Shown here: positions 28,605-38,095 of the stretch, one piece after another
How positions within the stretch are numbered: the first letter of the stretch is position 1
Layout of the letters: every line of letters starts with the position of its first letter
Assembly: GCA_965223905.1 (NCBI GenBank)
Contig: CBDCXV010000011.1
Location: 1,248,001 to 1,312,000, forward strand
Length of the DNA: 64,000 nucleotides
Direction: 5' to 3'
Source of the DNA: Candidatus Latescibacterota bacterium
GTDB lineage: Bacteria; Latescibacterota; UBA2968; UBA8231
Notes under the pieces: model-generated
Database searches by the model: none
The model's input: only the letters and a program-made list of their open reading frames with translations
What the model was told of the DNA's origin: nothing
Made by a program: the position numbers and the translations under genes

Positions 28605-29831
28605 ATGAAGATCACCGACGTAGAAGTCTTCCACATCAACCCGCGCCTGGCCGACCGCAACGCCGGCCAGAAGCCGCGTTTCGTCGGCATCGACACCCAG
28701 ACCGTGTACAAGGTCGCCACCGACAACGGCATCGTCGGCTACGGCGAAACGCGCGGCCACTCCCATCTCCCGGAGAAGACCCTCGGCGCGCTCGTCGGCC
28801 GCAATCCCTTCGAGTTCGTCAACGCCCCCTGGACCGGCGGCCTGACCGGGGCGCTCTTCGACGTCATGGGCAAGCACGTCGAGCTGCCGGCGTACCGGCT
28901 GATGGGAGAGAAGGTGCGGGAGCGCGTGCCGGTGGCGGCCTGGACGCGGCCGGCTTCCCCGGAGGACTTGGCGGCCGAGGTGCAGCGCGCCGCGGACGAG
29001 GGGTACACTCTCTTCAAGATGCACACCTGCACCTACTACGACGTGCTCGAGCAGCACCGGGCGGTCGAGGACGTCGCCCCCCCGGGATTCCTCATGCACT
29101 ACGACTTCAACCACAACCGCACCCCGGACTCGGTGTCGCGGCTGATCGAGGAGCTGGAGAAGTCGCCGATCACCGGCTTCATCGAGGACCCGGTGCGCTG
29201 GCAGGACCTCGACGGCTGGCGCTCCCTGCGGGCGAGGACGCGGCTGCCGCTGGTGATGCACGTGCCCCAGCTCGGAGGCGGGCCGGAGATCATCCACGGC
29301 TGCGCCGACTTGTACATGGTCGGCGAAGGGGGTACCGGCACCCCGGTGCAGTGCGGCTTCGCCTGCGCCCAGGCCAACCTGTCGGTGGTGATCCAGATGA
29401 CCGGCGGCACCCTGTGCAAGGCCCTGGCCATGCACCTGGGGGCGGTGCTGCCGAACCTGTCGCATTCCATCAACCTCGACGACCAGTACGGCGAGGACGT
29501 CACCGGCGGCCGCCTCGAGGTCGCCGAGGGCAGCACCCCGGTCCCCGAGGAGCCGGGGCTCGGCGTCTCCGTCGACGAGGCGGAGCTGGCGCGCATCGCC
29601 CGGAACCCGAAGACGGTGCTGCCGCGATTCATCACGGTGACGCGCCTGCCCCGCGGCGGGGTCTACTCGACGGCGGGCTGGCCCAGCGTCGAGAGCCTCA
29701 CCGGTTTCGCCGAGGGAACGGTAAGGGGGATCCGCCTCGACATGCGCGACGACGACGGCAGCGACGAGTTCGACCGCCTCTACCGGGAGCTCTCGGAGCA
29801 GGGCCCCCGCTTCGACAACCCCAACGCCTGA
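28605..29831 (+). CDS. Mandelate racemase/muconate lactonizing enzyme family protein, paralog of 21744-23006
   Basis: Same MKITDV start, TDNGIVGYGETRG, FKMHT, IEDP, PGLGV. Confidence 0.88.
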   Translation: MKITDVEVFHINPRLADRNAGQKPRFVGIDTQTVYKVATDNGIVGYGETRGHSHLPEKTLGALVGRNPFEFVNAPWTGGLTGALFDVMGKHVELPAYRLMGEKVRERVPVAAWTRPASPEDLAAEVQRAADEGYTLFKMHTCTYYDVLEQHRAVEDVAPPGFLMHYDFNHNRTPDSVSRLIEELEKSPITGFIEDPVRWQDLDGWRSLRARTRLPLVMHVPQLGGGPEIIHGCADLYMVGEGGTGTPVQCGFACAQANLSVVIQMTGGTLCKALAMHLGAVLPNLSHSINLDDQYGEDVTGGRLEVAEGSTPVPEEPGLGVSVDEAELARIARNPKTVLPRFITVTRLPRGGVYSTAGWPSVESLTGFAEGTVRGIRLDMRDDDGSDEFDRLYRELSEQGPRFDNPNA

Positions 29832-29929
29832 GCGCAAGCCGGCCAGGTATCCACCACCCCACAAGCCGGCCGCCCTGTGCGGCCGAGCGATAACGAGACA
29901 GCTCGCGCTGTGCTCATGGGCGACATCGG

Positions 29930-31069
29930 ATGACTCTCATCGACCAACTGACCCGCATCGGCAGCGGCACGACGGGCCGCGCCTCCTCCTGGGACACCAG
30001 CGGCCGCAACGCCGACTTCTGGGCCTTCGAGCCGGGGGAATCCCGGGTGCTCGCCGACCTCGACGGCCCCGGCGCCATCACCCACCTGTGGATGACCCAG
30101 CCGAACCACTACCGCGAGGTGCTGCTGAAGATCACCTGGGACAATGCCGGGCAGCCGAGCGTGCTCTGTCCGCTCGGGGACTTCTTCGGGCTCGGCCACG
30201 GGATCGTCAACTCCTACCAGTCGCTCCTGTTCACCGCCTCGACCCGCCGCGACAACTGCTTCAACGAGGGATGCGCCCTCAACAGCTACGCGCGCATGCC
30301 GTTCCGCGAACGCGCCGTCGTCGAGCTCGTCAACGAGAGCAGGGAGCTTCACCGCCAGTACTTCTACGTCGACTACGAGCAGGACGCCTCGTCGCCGCCC
30401 GAGGACGCCGGGTATTTCCACGCCGAGTTCCGCCGCGAGAACCCGTTCGGCGGCTGGGCGCACGACATCCTCGTCAACCACCCGGAAGCCGACGTCGTCA
30501 ACAAGGAGCGCACCGCCTGGGAGAACAACTACGTCATCCTCGACACCGCGGGCCGCGGCCACTACATCGGCTGCAACCTCAGTGTCACCAACTTCCAGGG
30601 GACCTGGTGGGGGGAGGGGGACGACATGATCTGGGTCGACGGGTACAAGTGGCCCCCCGACCTGCACGGCACCGGCAGCGAGGACTACCTCAACCAGGCC
30701 TGGGGCATGCAGGACAACGCCTTCCTGCGCAACGGCTCGTCGATCCACGAGGAGAACACCGGCGGCTACCAGACCAGCTACGTCCACCACCTCGAAAACC
30801 CGGTCCGCTTCGAGAGGGAGATCAAGGTCACCATCGAGCACGGGCACGGGAACCATCTCTGCAACGAGATGAGCAGCGTCGCCTACTGGTACGCGGCGGA
30901 GCCGGGCCGGGTGAAGAAGCCGCCCGCGGTGGCCAGGCGCATGCCGGTGCTCCGCGACAACCGGGGAAACTGGCTGTATCAGCGCCGCAACCAGACGACG
31001 TCGAGGCGGGTCGAGCCGAACCGCGAGATGCGGGGGATGGCGGAGAAGTGGAAGAAGCGGGGCTCCTGA
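29930..31069 (+). CDS. DUF2961 / glycoside hydrolase family 172 protein
   Basis: GPGAITHLWMT, PLGDFFG, WWGEGDD, GTGSEDY, IEHGHGN, SSVAYWY. Confidence 0.88.
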   Translation: MTLIDQLTRIGSGTTGRASSWDTSGRNADFWAFEPGESRVLADLDGPGAITHLWMTQPNHYREVLLKITWDNAGQPSVLCPLGDFFGLGHGIVNSYQSLLFTASTRRDNCFNEGCALNSYARMPFRERAVVELVNESRELHRQYFYVDYEQDASSPPEDAGYFHAEFRRENPFGGWAHDILVNHPEADVVNKERTAWENNYVILDTAGRGHYIGCNLSVTNFQGTWWGEGDDMIWVDGYKWPPDLHGTGSEDYLNQAWGMQDNAFLRNGSSIHEENTGGYQTSYVHHLENPVRFEREIKVTIEHGHGNHLCNEMSSVAYWYAAEPGRVKKPPAVARRMPVLRDNRGNWLYQRRNQTTSRRVEPNREMRGMAEKWKKRGS

Positions 31070-31123
31070 TCCCTGCCGCAATCTCCTCACCCACCCGCAT
31101 GCAAGGCGAATCCGCGGACTGCC

Positions 31124-32323
31124 TTGGTTGAACCGTCCTTCGAGCCGGCCGTCTTCGCGCCCTCGGGACTCGACGGGGAGGCCCTCTACTTCGCCTTCCG
31201 CGGCGACCGCCTGCTGGTGCGAATGGCCGCAGGCCGCCCCGAGGTTCCGCGGCTGGCTTCCTTCGCCGAGGCCCGAGTCGAGAGGCACGCGGGTCCGGGC
31301 GAACCGGGAGATGGCGGCCCTGAACCAGGGGAATCCCCGGGAGCCAGCGGGGACCCAGTCGGAGCCCCCGCCGAAAACCGGGGTTCTGAAGGCCGCGGAC
31401 AAGGAGAAACCCAGGGAGCCGGCACGGGCGGGGACGAACCGTCGGATGCAGGTGGCGGCGGCAACCCTTCGGAATCCCCGGGAGCCGGCGGGGACCGGGC
31501 CGAACTGGGGGGTGCGGGCGGCCGCGACCAGGCAGAATCCCCGACGGGAGCCGGGCGGAGCGGGGCCCAACCTCAGGATACGGACGTTGGCAACAGGTCT
31601 GAATCCCCGGGAGCCTGCCCCGCCGAGCATTACCTCGGGGTCATCGCCGAGGCCCACCCCGGTGAGCACGCCGGCCTTGCCTGCATCGCCGTCGACCTTC
31701 CCGCCTCCGCCGAGGCGGCTGACGGCCTCGCCTTCGAGGGGCTGAGGCAGCTCTTCGGCCTCATCGACGACGAGCTGTTCGCCGTGGCCGGCCGCGCCTT
31801 CCAGGTCGTCGAGTGGGACCGCACCCACCGCTTCTGCGGGCGCTGCGGCGGCGCCACCGTCCACCACGAGCGGGACCGCGCCCGCCAGTGCCCGGGCTGC
31901 GGCCTGGTCTCCTACCCGAGAGTATCGCCGGCCGTCATCGTCCTCGTCAGCCGCGGCGACCGCTTCCTGCTCGCCCGCAACGCCAGCTTCCCCGGAAAGC
32001 GCTACAGCATCCTCGCCGGTTTCGTCGAGGCCGGGGAGACCCTCGAGGCCGCGGTGGTCCGCGAGATCCGCGAGGAGGTCGGAATCGAGGTTCGCGACGT
32101 CACCTACTTCGGCAGCCAGCCGTGGCCGTTCCCCCACTCCCTGATGGTCGGCTTCACCGCGGAGCACGCCTCCGGGGAGATCGCCATCGACGGCGAGGAG
32201 ATCGTCGACGCGGGCTGGTACGGCGCCGATCCCGAGCAGCTTCCCGAGCTGCCGAACCGGATCAGCATCTCGCGGCGGATCATCGATTCGTTCCTGAACG
32301 CCCACGGGGTGCACCTCCCGTGA
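31124..32323 (+). CDS. nudC: NAD(+)/NADH diphosphatase with a long low-complexity insertion
   Basis: FCGRCG..CPGC zinc finger, Nudix box GFVEAGETLE.AV.REIREE.G, SQPWPFP signature. Confidence 0.9.
   Translation: MVEPSFEPAVFAPSGLDGEALYFAFRGDRLLVRMAAGRPEVPRLASFAEARVERHAGPGEPGDGGPEPGESPGASGDPVGAPAENRGSEGRGQGETQGAGTGGDEPSDAGGGGNPSESPGAGGDRAELGGAGGRDQAESPTGAGRSGAQPQDTDVGNRSESPGACPAEHYLGVIAEAHPGEHAGLACIAVDLPASAEAADGLAFEGLRQLFGLIDDELFAVAGRAFQVVEWDRTHRFCGRCGGATVHHERDRARQCPGCGLVSYPRVSPAVIVLVSRGDRFLLARNASFPGKRYSILAGFVEAGETLEAAVVREIREEVGIEVRDVTYFGSQPWPFPHSLMVGFTAEHASGEIAIDGEEIVDAGWYGADPEQLPELPNRISISRRIIDSFLNAHGVHLP
31331..31615 (+). repeat. Five degenerate in-frame repeats (core GAATCCCCGGGAGCC) inside nudC
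   Basis: Cores at 31331, 31406, 31472, 31535 and 31601; spacings 75, 66, 63, 66. Confidence 0.75.
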
Positions 32324-32982
32324 CGGCCCGGGGCAAGCCCTTCACCCGGGCGCAGAAGGCCGAGGTGATCGCCAACACCCTCGACGAGCTGTTCCCGGCC
32401 CCGGCGATCCCCTTGCGGCACCGCGACCCCTACACCCTGCTGGTCGCCGTGGTGCTGTCGGCGCAGTGCACGGACGTTCGCGTCAACGAGGTGACCCCGG
32501 TGCTGTTCGCCGCAGCGGATACCGCGAGAAAGATGGCGCGGCTGACCGCGGCGCAGATCGAGAAGATCATCAAGCCCTGCGGGCTGGCCCCCACCAAGGC
32601 CAAGAACATCCGCGAGACCTCGCGCATCCTGGCCGAGCAGTACGGCGGAGAAGTGCCGCGCGGCCTCGCCGAGCTGGAGGAGCTGCCAGGAGTGGGGCAC
32701 AAGACCGCGCAGGTGGTGGTGTCGCAGGCCTTCGGCATCCCCGCCTTTCCCGTGGACACCCACATCCACAGGCTGGCCTACCGCTGGGGGCTGTCGACGG
32801 GCAGGAACGTCGTGCAGACGGAGAAGGACCTGAAGCGCACCTTCCCGAAGGAACGCTGGAACGACCTCCACAAGCAGATCATCTACTTCGGCCGCCAGTA
32901 CTGCCCGGCCCGCGGCCATGACCCGGAGGAGTGCGTCCTGTGCCGCGTCGTCGGCCGCAGGAGTCTGTTTCCTAAGCGGTAG
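32320..32982 (+). CDS. nth: Endonuclease III
   Basis: LVAVVLSAQCTD, LPGVGHKTA HhH, PVDTHIHR; GTG start overlaps the nudC stop (GTGA). Confidence 0.92.
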   Translation: MTARGKPFTRAQKAEVIANTLDELFPAPAIPLRHRDPYTLLVAVVLSAQCTDVRVNEVTPVLFAAADTARKMARLTAAQIEKIIKPCGLAPTKAKNIRETSRILAEQYGGEVPRGLAELEELPGVGHKTAQVVVSQAFGIPAFPVDTHIHRLAYRWGLSTGRNVVQTEKDLKRTFPKERWNDLHKQIIYFGRQYCPARGHDPEECVLCRVVGRRSLFPKR

Positions 32983-35330
32983 GGTGAGGTGGGAAGGTGG
33001 GTGGGGGTCTGGGGGTCTTGAATCCTTCGGTTACCAGTACTGGACTCCGAACCGTTCGTTCAGGTTGTCCAGCTCCCGGTTCGCCTCCAAATGTGTAGGC
33101 CAAATCCGTTCCAGCCGTCGAAACTCTGGAGTGTGGCCTTCATGGAGGTGGACGTGCAGGAACTCGTGCCAAAGCAGGAACCTGATCGTTTCCGAGGAGA
33201 TGTCGGGACTGTTCAGCAGGCAGTTGATGCGGATCCGCGGAGGCCGCTCTTCGTAGTAGGCCATCCCGTACCATCCCTTCAAGATCCGGCCCGTCCACTC
33301 AAGGTCCCCGGGGTATTCCAGCTTGGTGGGAAGCTCCAGCAACTTTGCCCCTGCATCGAGAACCTCTGCCATCAGTGGATCAAGGTCGTGTTCAGGTCCT
33401 TCCGACAGCGTCTCTTCGCCACGAGGGTGAAAGACCGGAACCGCCTTGGCTCGCTGAGTGGCCTCGTCGGGGTGGTCGATTTCCCATAAGGCGTCGTCGA
33501 TGGCCGCCTGATACTCCCGCGGATTTGGATAAATCGCTTTCGCCAGAGAGGAGTCGGAATAGGTACTCTCCACGAGCTGTCGAGTACCGCGATACCCAAG
33601 TTCTTCCTGGACGATGCAACGAGCGACTTCGTGAGGATCGCACTGCTTCCGGTTGCTCAATGGATGGTATTCAGGATCTTCTCCCCCTTGCGCGAAATGT
33701 TCCACGATCATGCCGACGTGATGCCGCGATGGTGCAGGACTGTCGCAGTCGCCGAAGAACTCCTCGTACAGCGCATCCAATTCCTCCAGTCCTGAATCTG
33801 CTTTCCGGGATTTCAAGCACCCGACAAGGGCGTCGTAGCATGGGCGCTGATGTTCGTAAACGGAAATCGGAACGCGGATGCTCTCGTCCTCATCCTCCCG
33901 TTCGAGAAGAAACCAGCCATCAGGTACAGCCTCGAAGGCGTCTGCCTTGTGTTCCACCGAAAGGCGGCGCATCGTGGCTGCGACCGCCCGAATCGTCTCC
34001 CAGGGAAGGTGTTCGTACAGAGACTCCACATCGCGAATCGGCGCGCTCTCGATATCCTCGGGTACGGCGATGGCCTCGATATCAGGAACGAGATCAAAGG
34101 GGCTGTCCCAGTCGCTGAACCGATCCCATGTGTCTTCAAAACTCACAAGGAAAGCTTCGTGTGAACCACCCATTGCGGGACCCCGGAGAGCACGCCCGAT
34201 CATCTGCCGCATCAGGATCTCGCTGTTCGTAGGCCTGGCCAGGAAGACCGTCTTTATCATTGGCAGATCGACGCCCTCCGTGATCATCTGGACGTTCACG
34301 AGCACGTCAAGGTCGCCATCCCGAAACCGCTGAGTCACGCTGGAAGATTCCCCGTCGCTTCCATCTGGTCGGTAGCTGGCGACGTAGTCCGCACGAACAC
34401 CGACGGCTTTGAGCTCCTCCGTGAGAAGAGCGGCGTGCTTGACGTTGACCGCAAATACGAGGGTCGGCCCGTATTTGTCCTGCCGTTGCAGATAGTGCTC
34501 CACGATGGTTCTGTTGCGCTCGGACAGGTGGGCAATGCGGTCGAGCCAAGGTTCGCTGAGTTCTCCGAAACGGTCATAATGGCGCCGGTCCTCGTCGGTC
34601 AGCCCTTCTTCGATCTTCGCATTGGTCCGCACCACAACCGGAATCGGGCGGGCGAGGATTCTCTTCTCCACGAGTTGGGGAAGATCGACCTTGGCGATTA
34701 CGTTGCCCCCAAACAGCCGGGTCAACAGGGGGCGTTCCTGCTCGAGGGTCCGCGTGGGCGTGGCGGTCAGGCCAAGAATGCGCCACTGTTTCTTCGCCTT
34801 GAACTCATCGATGATGTCCCTGTAGGATTTCGCCGGGGCATGGTGTGCCTCGTCGATGACGATGAACAGTTTCGGGTCATCCAGCAGCTGACTTCTGACT
34901 TCCGGATTTCGCGCAAGGCTTGAAACCGAAGCGACGACGACATCGTCCGCGGGATCGATCTGCGTCGTGGCGCAGTGTTCCCCGGATACGATCCGGACTC
35001 TTAGGCGTTCTTTCGTGGTCACGAGCCCCGAGAGACTGTGGAATTGCTCCGCTGCCTGGTTGAGAAGTTCGCTTCGATGCGCCATCCACAGCACTCGAAG
35101 TCCCTCATCCAGAACCCGCCTGCACAGCCAGTGAACTGCAGTGAACGTCTTGCCGGATCCGGTGGGCATGACGAGCATGCCCTGAAAAACGCCGGTGGTG
35201 TTGGACTCTGCGAGGGTCGTGTTCAGCTTGTCCCAAGCCTCGGCTTGGTAGGAGTGAGGGCGGGTCGGATTTTCCGGTTGGTCACCGGGGTTCAAGACGA
35301 CAAAACGGCGTATGAAATTGAAATCAAATT

Positions 35331-36794
35331 GGGTCTATCCGGGTTTTTCAACGCCGAAACGTAAGTACGGAAAGTACCTGAGCCCTTGCTGTCCATCTGA
35401 GTACATGACAAGGCCATAGGTCGTTCCCTATGCTTGGTGTATCCCCATCAAGCACTCCCCAAGAAAGGGAAGGGAAGGCGACCTATGACCGCTATGAAGT
35501 TCGTCTCCAAGCTGTTCCAATTCAAGGGATTTCGCGCGGTGGGCGTGTGGTTCGAAGGACACGGGGAAGAAGCGGCCGTCGTGGTCGCGGTGAAGCCCCA
35601 AAGGAACGGGTGCCGGTGTCCCGAGTGTGGGCGCCGCGGCAAGATCGTACAGGTCATGGAGTTCCGCCGCTGGCGCGACGTCCGCGTTTGCGGCCGTACC
35701 CTCTGGTTGCACCACGCCCCTCGGGAGATCCGCTGCCCGACCCACGGCCGTCGCGTCGAGGAGGTGCCCTGGGCGGCGCCCTCGGCCCAGGTCAGCTACC
35801 GCTTCGAATACCTGCTGCTGAGGTACTGCCAGTGGATGACGCAGGCCGCCGCCGCGCGCCTGCTGGGTCTGGCCCCGTCGACCCTGTCCGACCAGCTGCA
35901 CCGGCTCATCGAGCGCCGGCGTACGGGGCACCGCATCCGCCGGCTGAAGACCCTCGGCATCGACGAGATCTCCTACGCCAAGGGCCATAAATACGCTACC
36001 CTGGTCTACGACCTGGAACGCTCCCGTGTCGTCTGGGTCGGCAAGGGCAAGGCACGGAAGACCATCGACGCGTTTTTCCGGGACCATCTCAGCGCCTTCC
36101 AGAAGGACCGCATCCGCTGGGCCTGCTGCGACCTGAGCGAGACCTTCATCGGCGCCATCCGGCAGCATGGTCCCAACGCCGAGTTGGTCCTGGACCGATT
36201 CCACGTCGTCAAGGCCCTCAACGAAGCCGTCGACGAGGTGCGCAAGGAGCAGTGGCGGCAAGCCTGTGGCGAGGACCGCAAGCTGCTCAAGGGCCTGCGC
36301 TGGGTGCTGCTGCATCACTCCGCCCAGCGCTCGCGAAAGGATCGGCGCACGCTCCAAACCCTGGAGAAGGCCAACCGCCGCATCTACCGCGCCTGGCGCC
36401 TGAAGGACGAGTTCGAGCACTTCTGGCGCTACAAGGCGCGCTGGGCCGCCGAACGCTTCCTCAAGAAGTGGACGACGGCGGCCCTGCGCAGCCGCCTGCA
36501 GCCCCTGCGCAAGTTCGTCAACACGGTGCGCAAGCAGGCGGCCGGCATCACCGCCTTCGTCGACACGCACCTGACCAACGCCGCCGCCGAAGGGCTCAAT
36601 CGCATTATCCGCATGGTCAAGAATCGAGCCAGTGGATTTAAAACTCTGGATGCCTTTGCCGACCTGATTTACCTGTGCGTCGGAGACCTCGATATCCCTG
36701 CGCAGATTCCGGCCCGATTCCGTACAGTATGAAACCCTAAAAATCTCATTGGGGAAACGCTATAAATACCACGTTGAAAAACCCGTATATAGCC
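35331..36794 (+). mobile_element. ISL3-family insertion sequence, copy 2 (1464 bp)
   Basis: Same ends as copy 1; target duplication ATCAAATT at 35323-35330 and 36795-36802. Confidence 0.95.
35434..36732 (+). CDS. ISL3 transposase
   Basis: Translation identical to 24968-26266. Confidence 0.95.
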   Translation: MVYPHQALPKKGKGRRPMTAMKFVSKLFQFKGFRAVGVWFEGHGEEAAVVVAVKPQRNGCRCPECGRRGKIVQVMEFRRWRDVRVCGRTLWLHHAPREIRCPTHGRRVEEVPWAAPSAQVSYRFEYLLLRYCQWMTQAAAARLLGLAPSTLSDQLHRLIERRRTGHRIRRLKTLGIDEISYAKGHKYATLVYDLERSRVVWVGKGKARKTIDAFFRDHLSAFQKDRIRWACCDLSETFIGAIRQHGPNAELVLDRFHVVKALNEAVDEVRKEQWRQACGEDRKLLKGLRWVLLHHSAQRSRKDRRTLQTLEKANRRIYRAWRLKDEFEHFWRYKARWAAERFLKKWTTAALRSRLQPLRKFVNTVRKQAAGITAFVDTHLTNAAAEGLNRIIRMVKNRASGFKTLDAFADLIYLCVGDLDIPAQIPARFRTV

Positions 36795-37456
36795 ATCAAA
36801 TTCACCTTCGTCCTGATTGTCCTGATCCCCATACCGAATCATCGCTTCGCACAAGTACTGACGAAGGCGCTTCGAATTCCTGCACTTCTTGATGTAGCCA
36901 ACGTACCCGCGTTGGGACCGCGGACGGCCCATGGGCCCGATGCCGATATCCAGCAGTCGCTCCACGATTTCCTTTGCTCCGGCGTATTCCGGCAGCCAGG
37001 CTCGTTGAAGAACCTCCTTCGTTTCCCCTACGAACTCCGGCGTGGGTCGTTTGACCTTCGTAGAGAGCCATTTCCTCGCTTCCGCGAAAGGGCCGTCGAA
37101 TCCGATGGCATTGGCCAAGTGGAGGACCGTTCGATCGTTGAATGTGTCCCATGAAAAACGGTACGATGGCATCGCTTTATTACTCGCTCCTGTGTCGTTC
37201 GGCTTTTAGAAAAACAAGGGGTGGTTTTATCCCATCCCCGCTACCTTGACGAGCCTTCCGGCTTCGAAGATGGGCTTGAATTTGGATCGACAGCGCGTGC
37301 GTTTCGGTTTACGGGAATCTTCCCGCGGCCCGATGAAACCTTCAGGCGACTACGGGTTATGGTTTGGTTCCAAGTGGACCGCCCATGCAGGGTGTGATCC
37401 CCTGTGAGGTTCGGCAACGCCGTTCTCCGGTCATCCGTTTGGGCTTGCCGAGTTTT

Positions 37457-38092
37457 TCAAGTGGGTTTGAGGGTTTGCAGGTACTCCACGAGGCAATGAA
37501 CCTCGGTCGAAGGGTCGTATCTTGCCGTCGCCTCGACATCTGACAGCGCGAGTCTCGCGTTGGACTTCGCGTTTTCCATCCGGTCTTCCAATTCTTCGAA
37601 CACGCCTGCGTTACCCTTTGTGTAGCCGGGCAGGTACTGCCGCAGCTCTTTAACGCAATTCTCCGCCGCGGTCCTGTTGCCTGATGGGGCGTAGGGCCGA
37701 CGGTGGTAGACAAAGTGCAACAGAAGCCAGAATTCGAAGCACGGCCATGAGCGGGCCAGCTTCAGTTTGGCGGAATGTGCTTCAAAAGTCGCGGTGTCGA
37801 AGTGCGCATGCTCGTCACGGTCGAAAACGCAATAGACCGCGTCGTATCGGTCTCCCCGTCGTTTCTCGTCGTCCCGCAATCTTTTTGCCCTATTGACCAG
37901 CGACCTGGGATCCGAGCCGCTTGCCGCAACATCGATGTTGGCGGTGCTCAGCCGGAACTGATCCACCAGGGACCGGAAGTACGACGGCTCCGTTTTTTCC
38001 CCCTCACAGAGGATGAGCACTCGATCGTACGGCTCCCGTTCAGGCCCCCTCCGTTGAAGCTGGCCACGTCGGCGTCCTTCTCGTCGAGCCAT
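37457..38092 (-). CDS. rloB: RloB-family protein
   Basis: LILCEGEKTEPSYF, VYCVFDRD, S.PCFEFWLLLHF, PSTEV..LV. Confidence 0.9.
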   Translation of the reverse strand: MARREGRRRGQLQRRGPEREPYDRVLILCEGEKTEPSYFRSLVDQFRLSTANIDVAASGSDPRSLVNRAKRLRDDEKRRGDRYDAVYCVFDRDEHAHFDTATFEAHSAKLKLARSWPCFEFWLLLHFVYHRRPYAPSGNRTAAENCVKELRQYLPGYTKGNAGVFEELEDRMENAKSNARLALSDVEATARYDPSTEVHCLVEYLQTLKPT

Positions 38093-38095
38093 CGC

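Larger units (their letters stand above)
33031..37172 (-). pseudogene. SF2 (ResIII-like DEAH) helicase with C-terminal SprT-like HExxH metalloprotease, interrupted by ISL3
   Basis: MPTGSGKT, IDEAHH, GLTATP, EGVDLP, QMIGR; C-terminal LWHEFLH..GH..EF. Removing the IS joins ..GEFD|FNFIRRF.. in frame (889 aa). Confidence 0.88.

Noticed and set aside
31331-31615. CRISPR-like repeat-spacer pattern
   Set aside because: The core is only 15 bp and degenerate, spacings are multiples of three inside a coding frame, and no cas genes are present.
24865-36794. Composite transposon bounded by the two ISL3 copies
   Set aside because: Each copy has its own target duplication and interrupts its own gene, so the insertions are independent.
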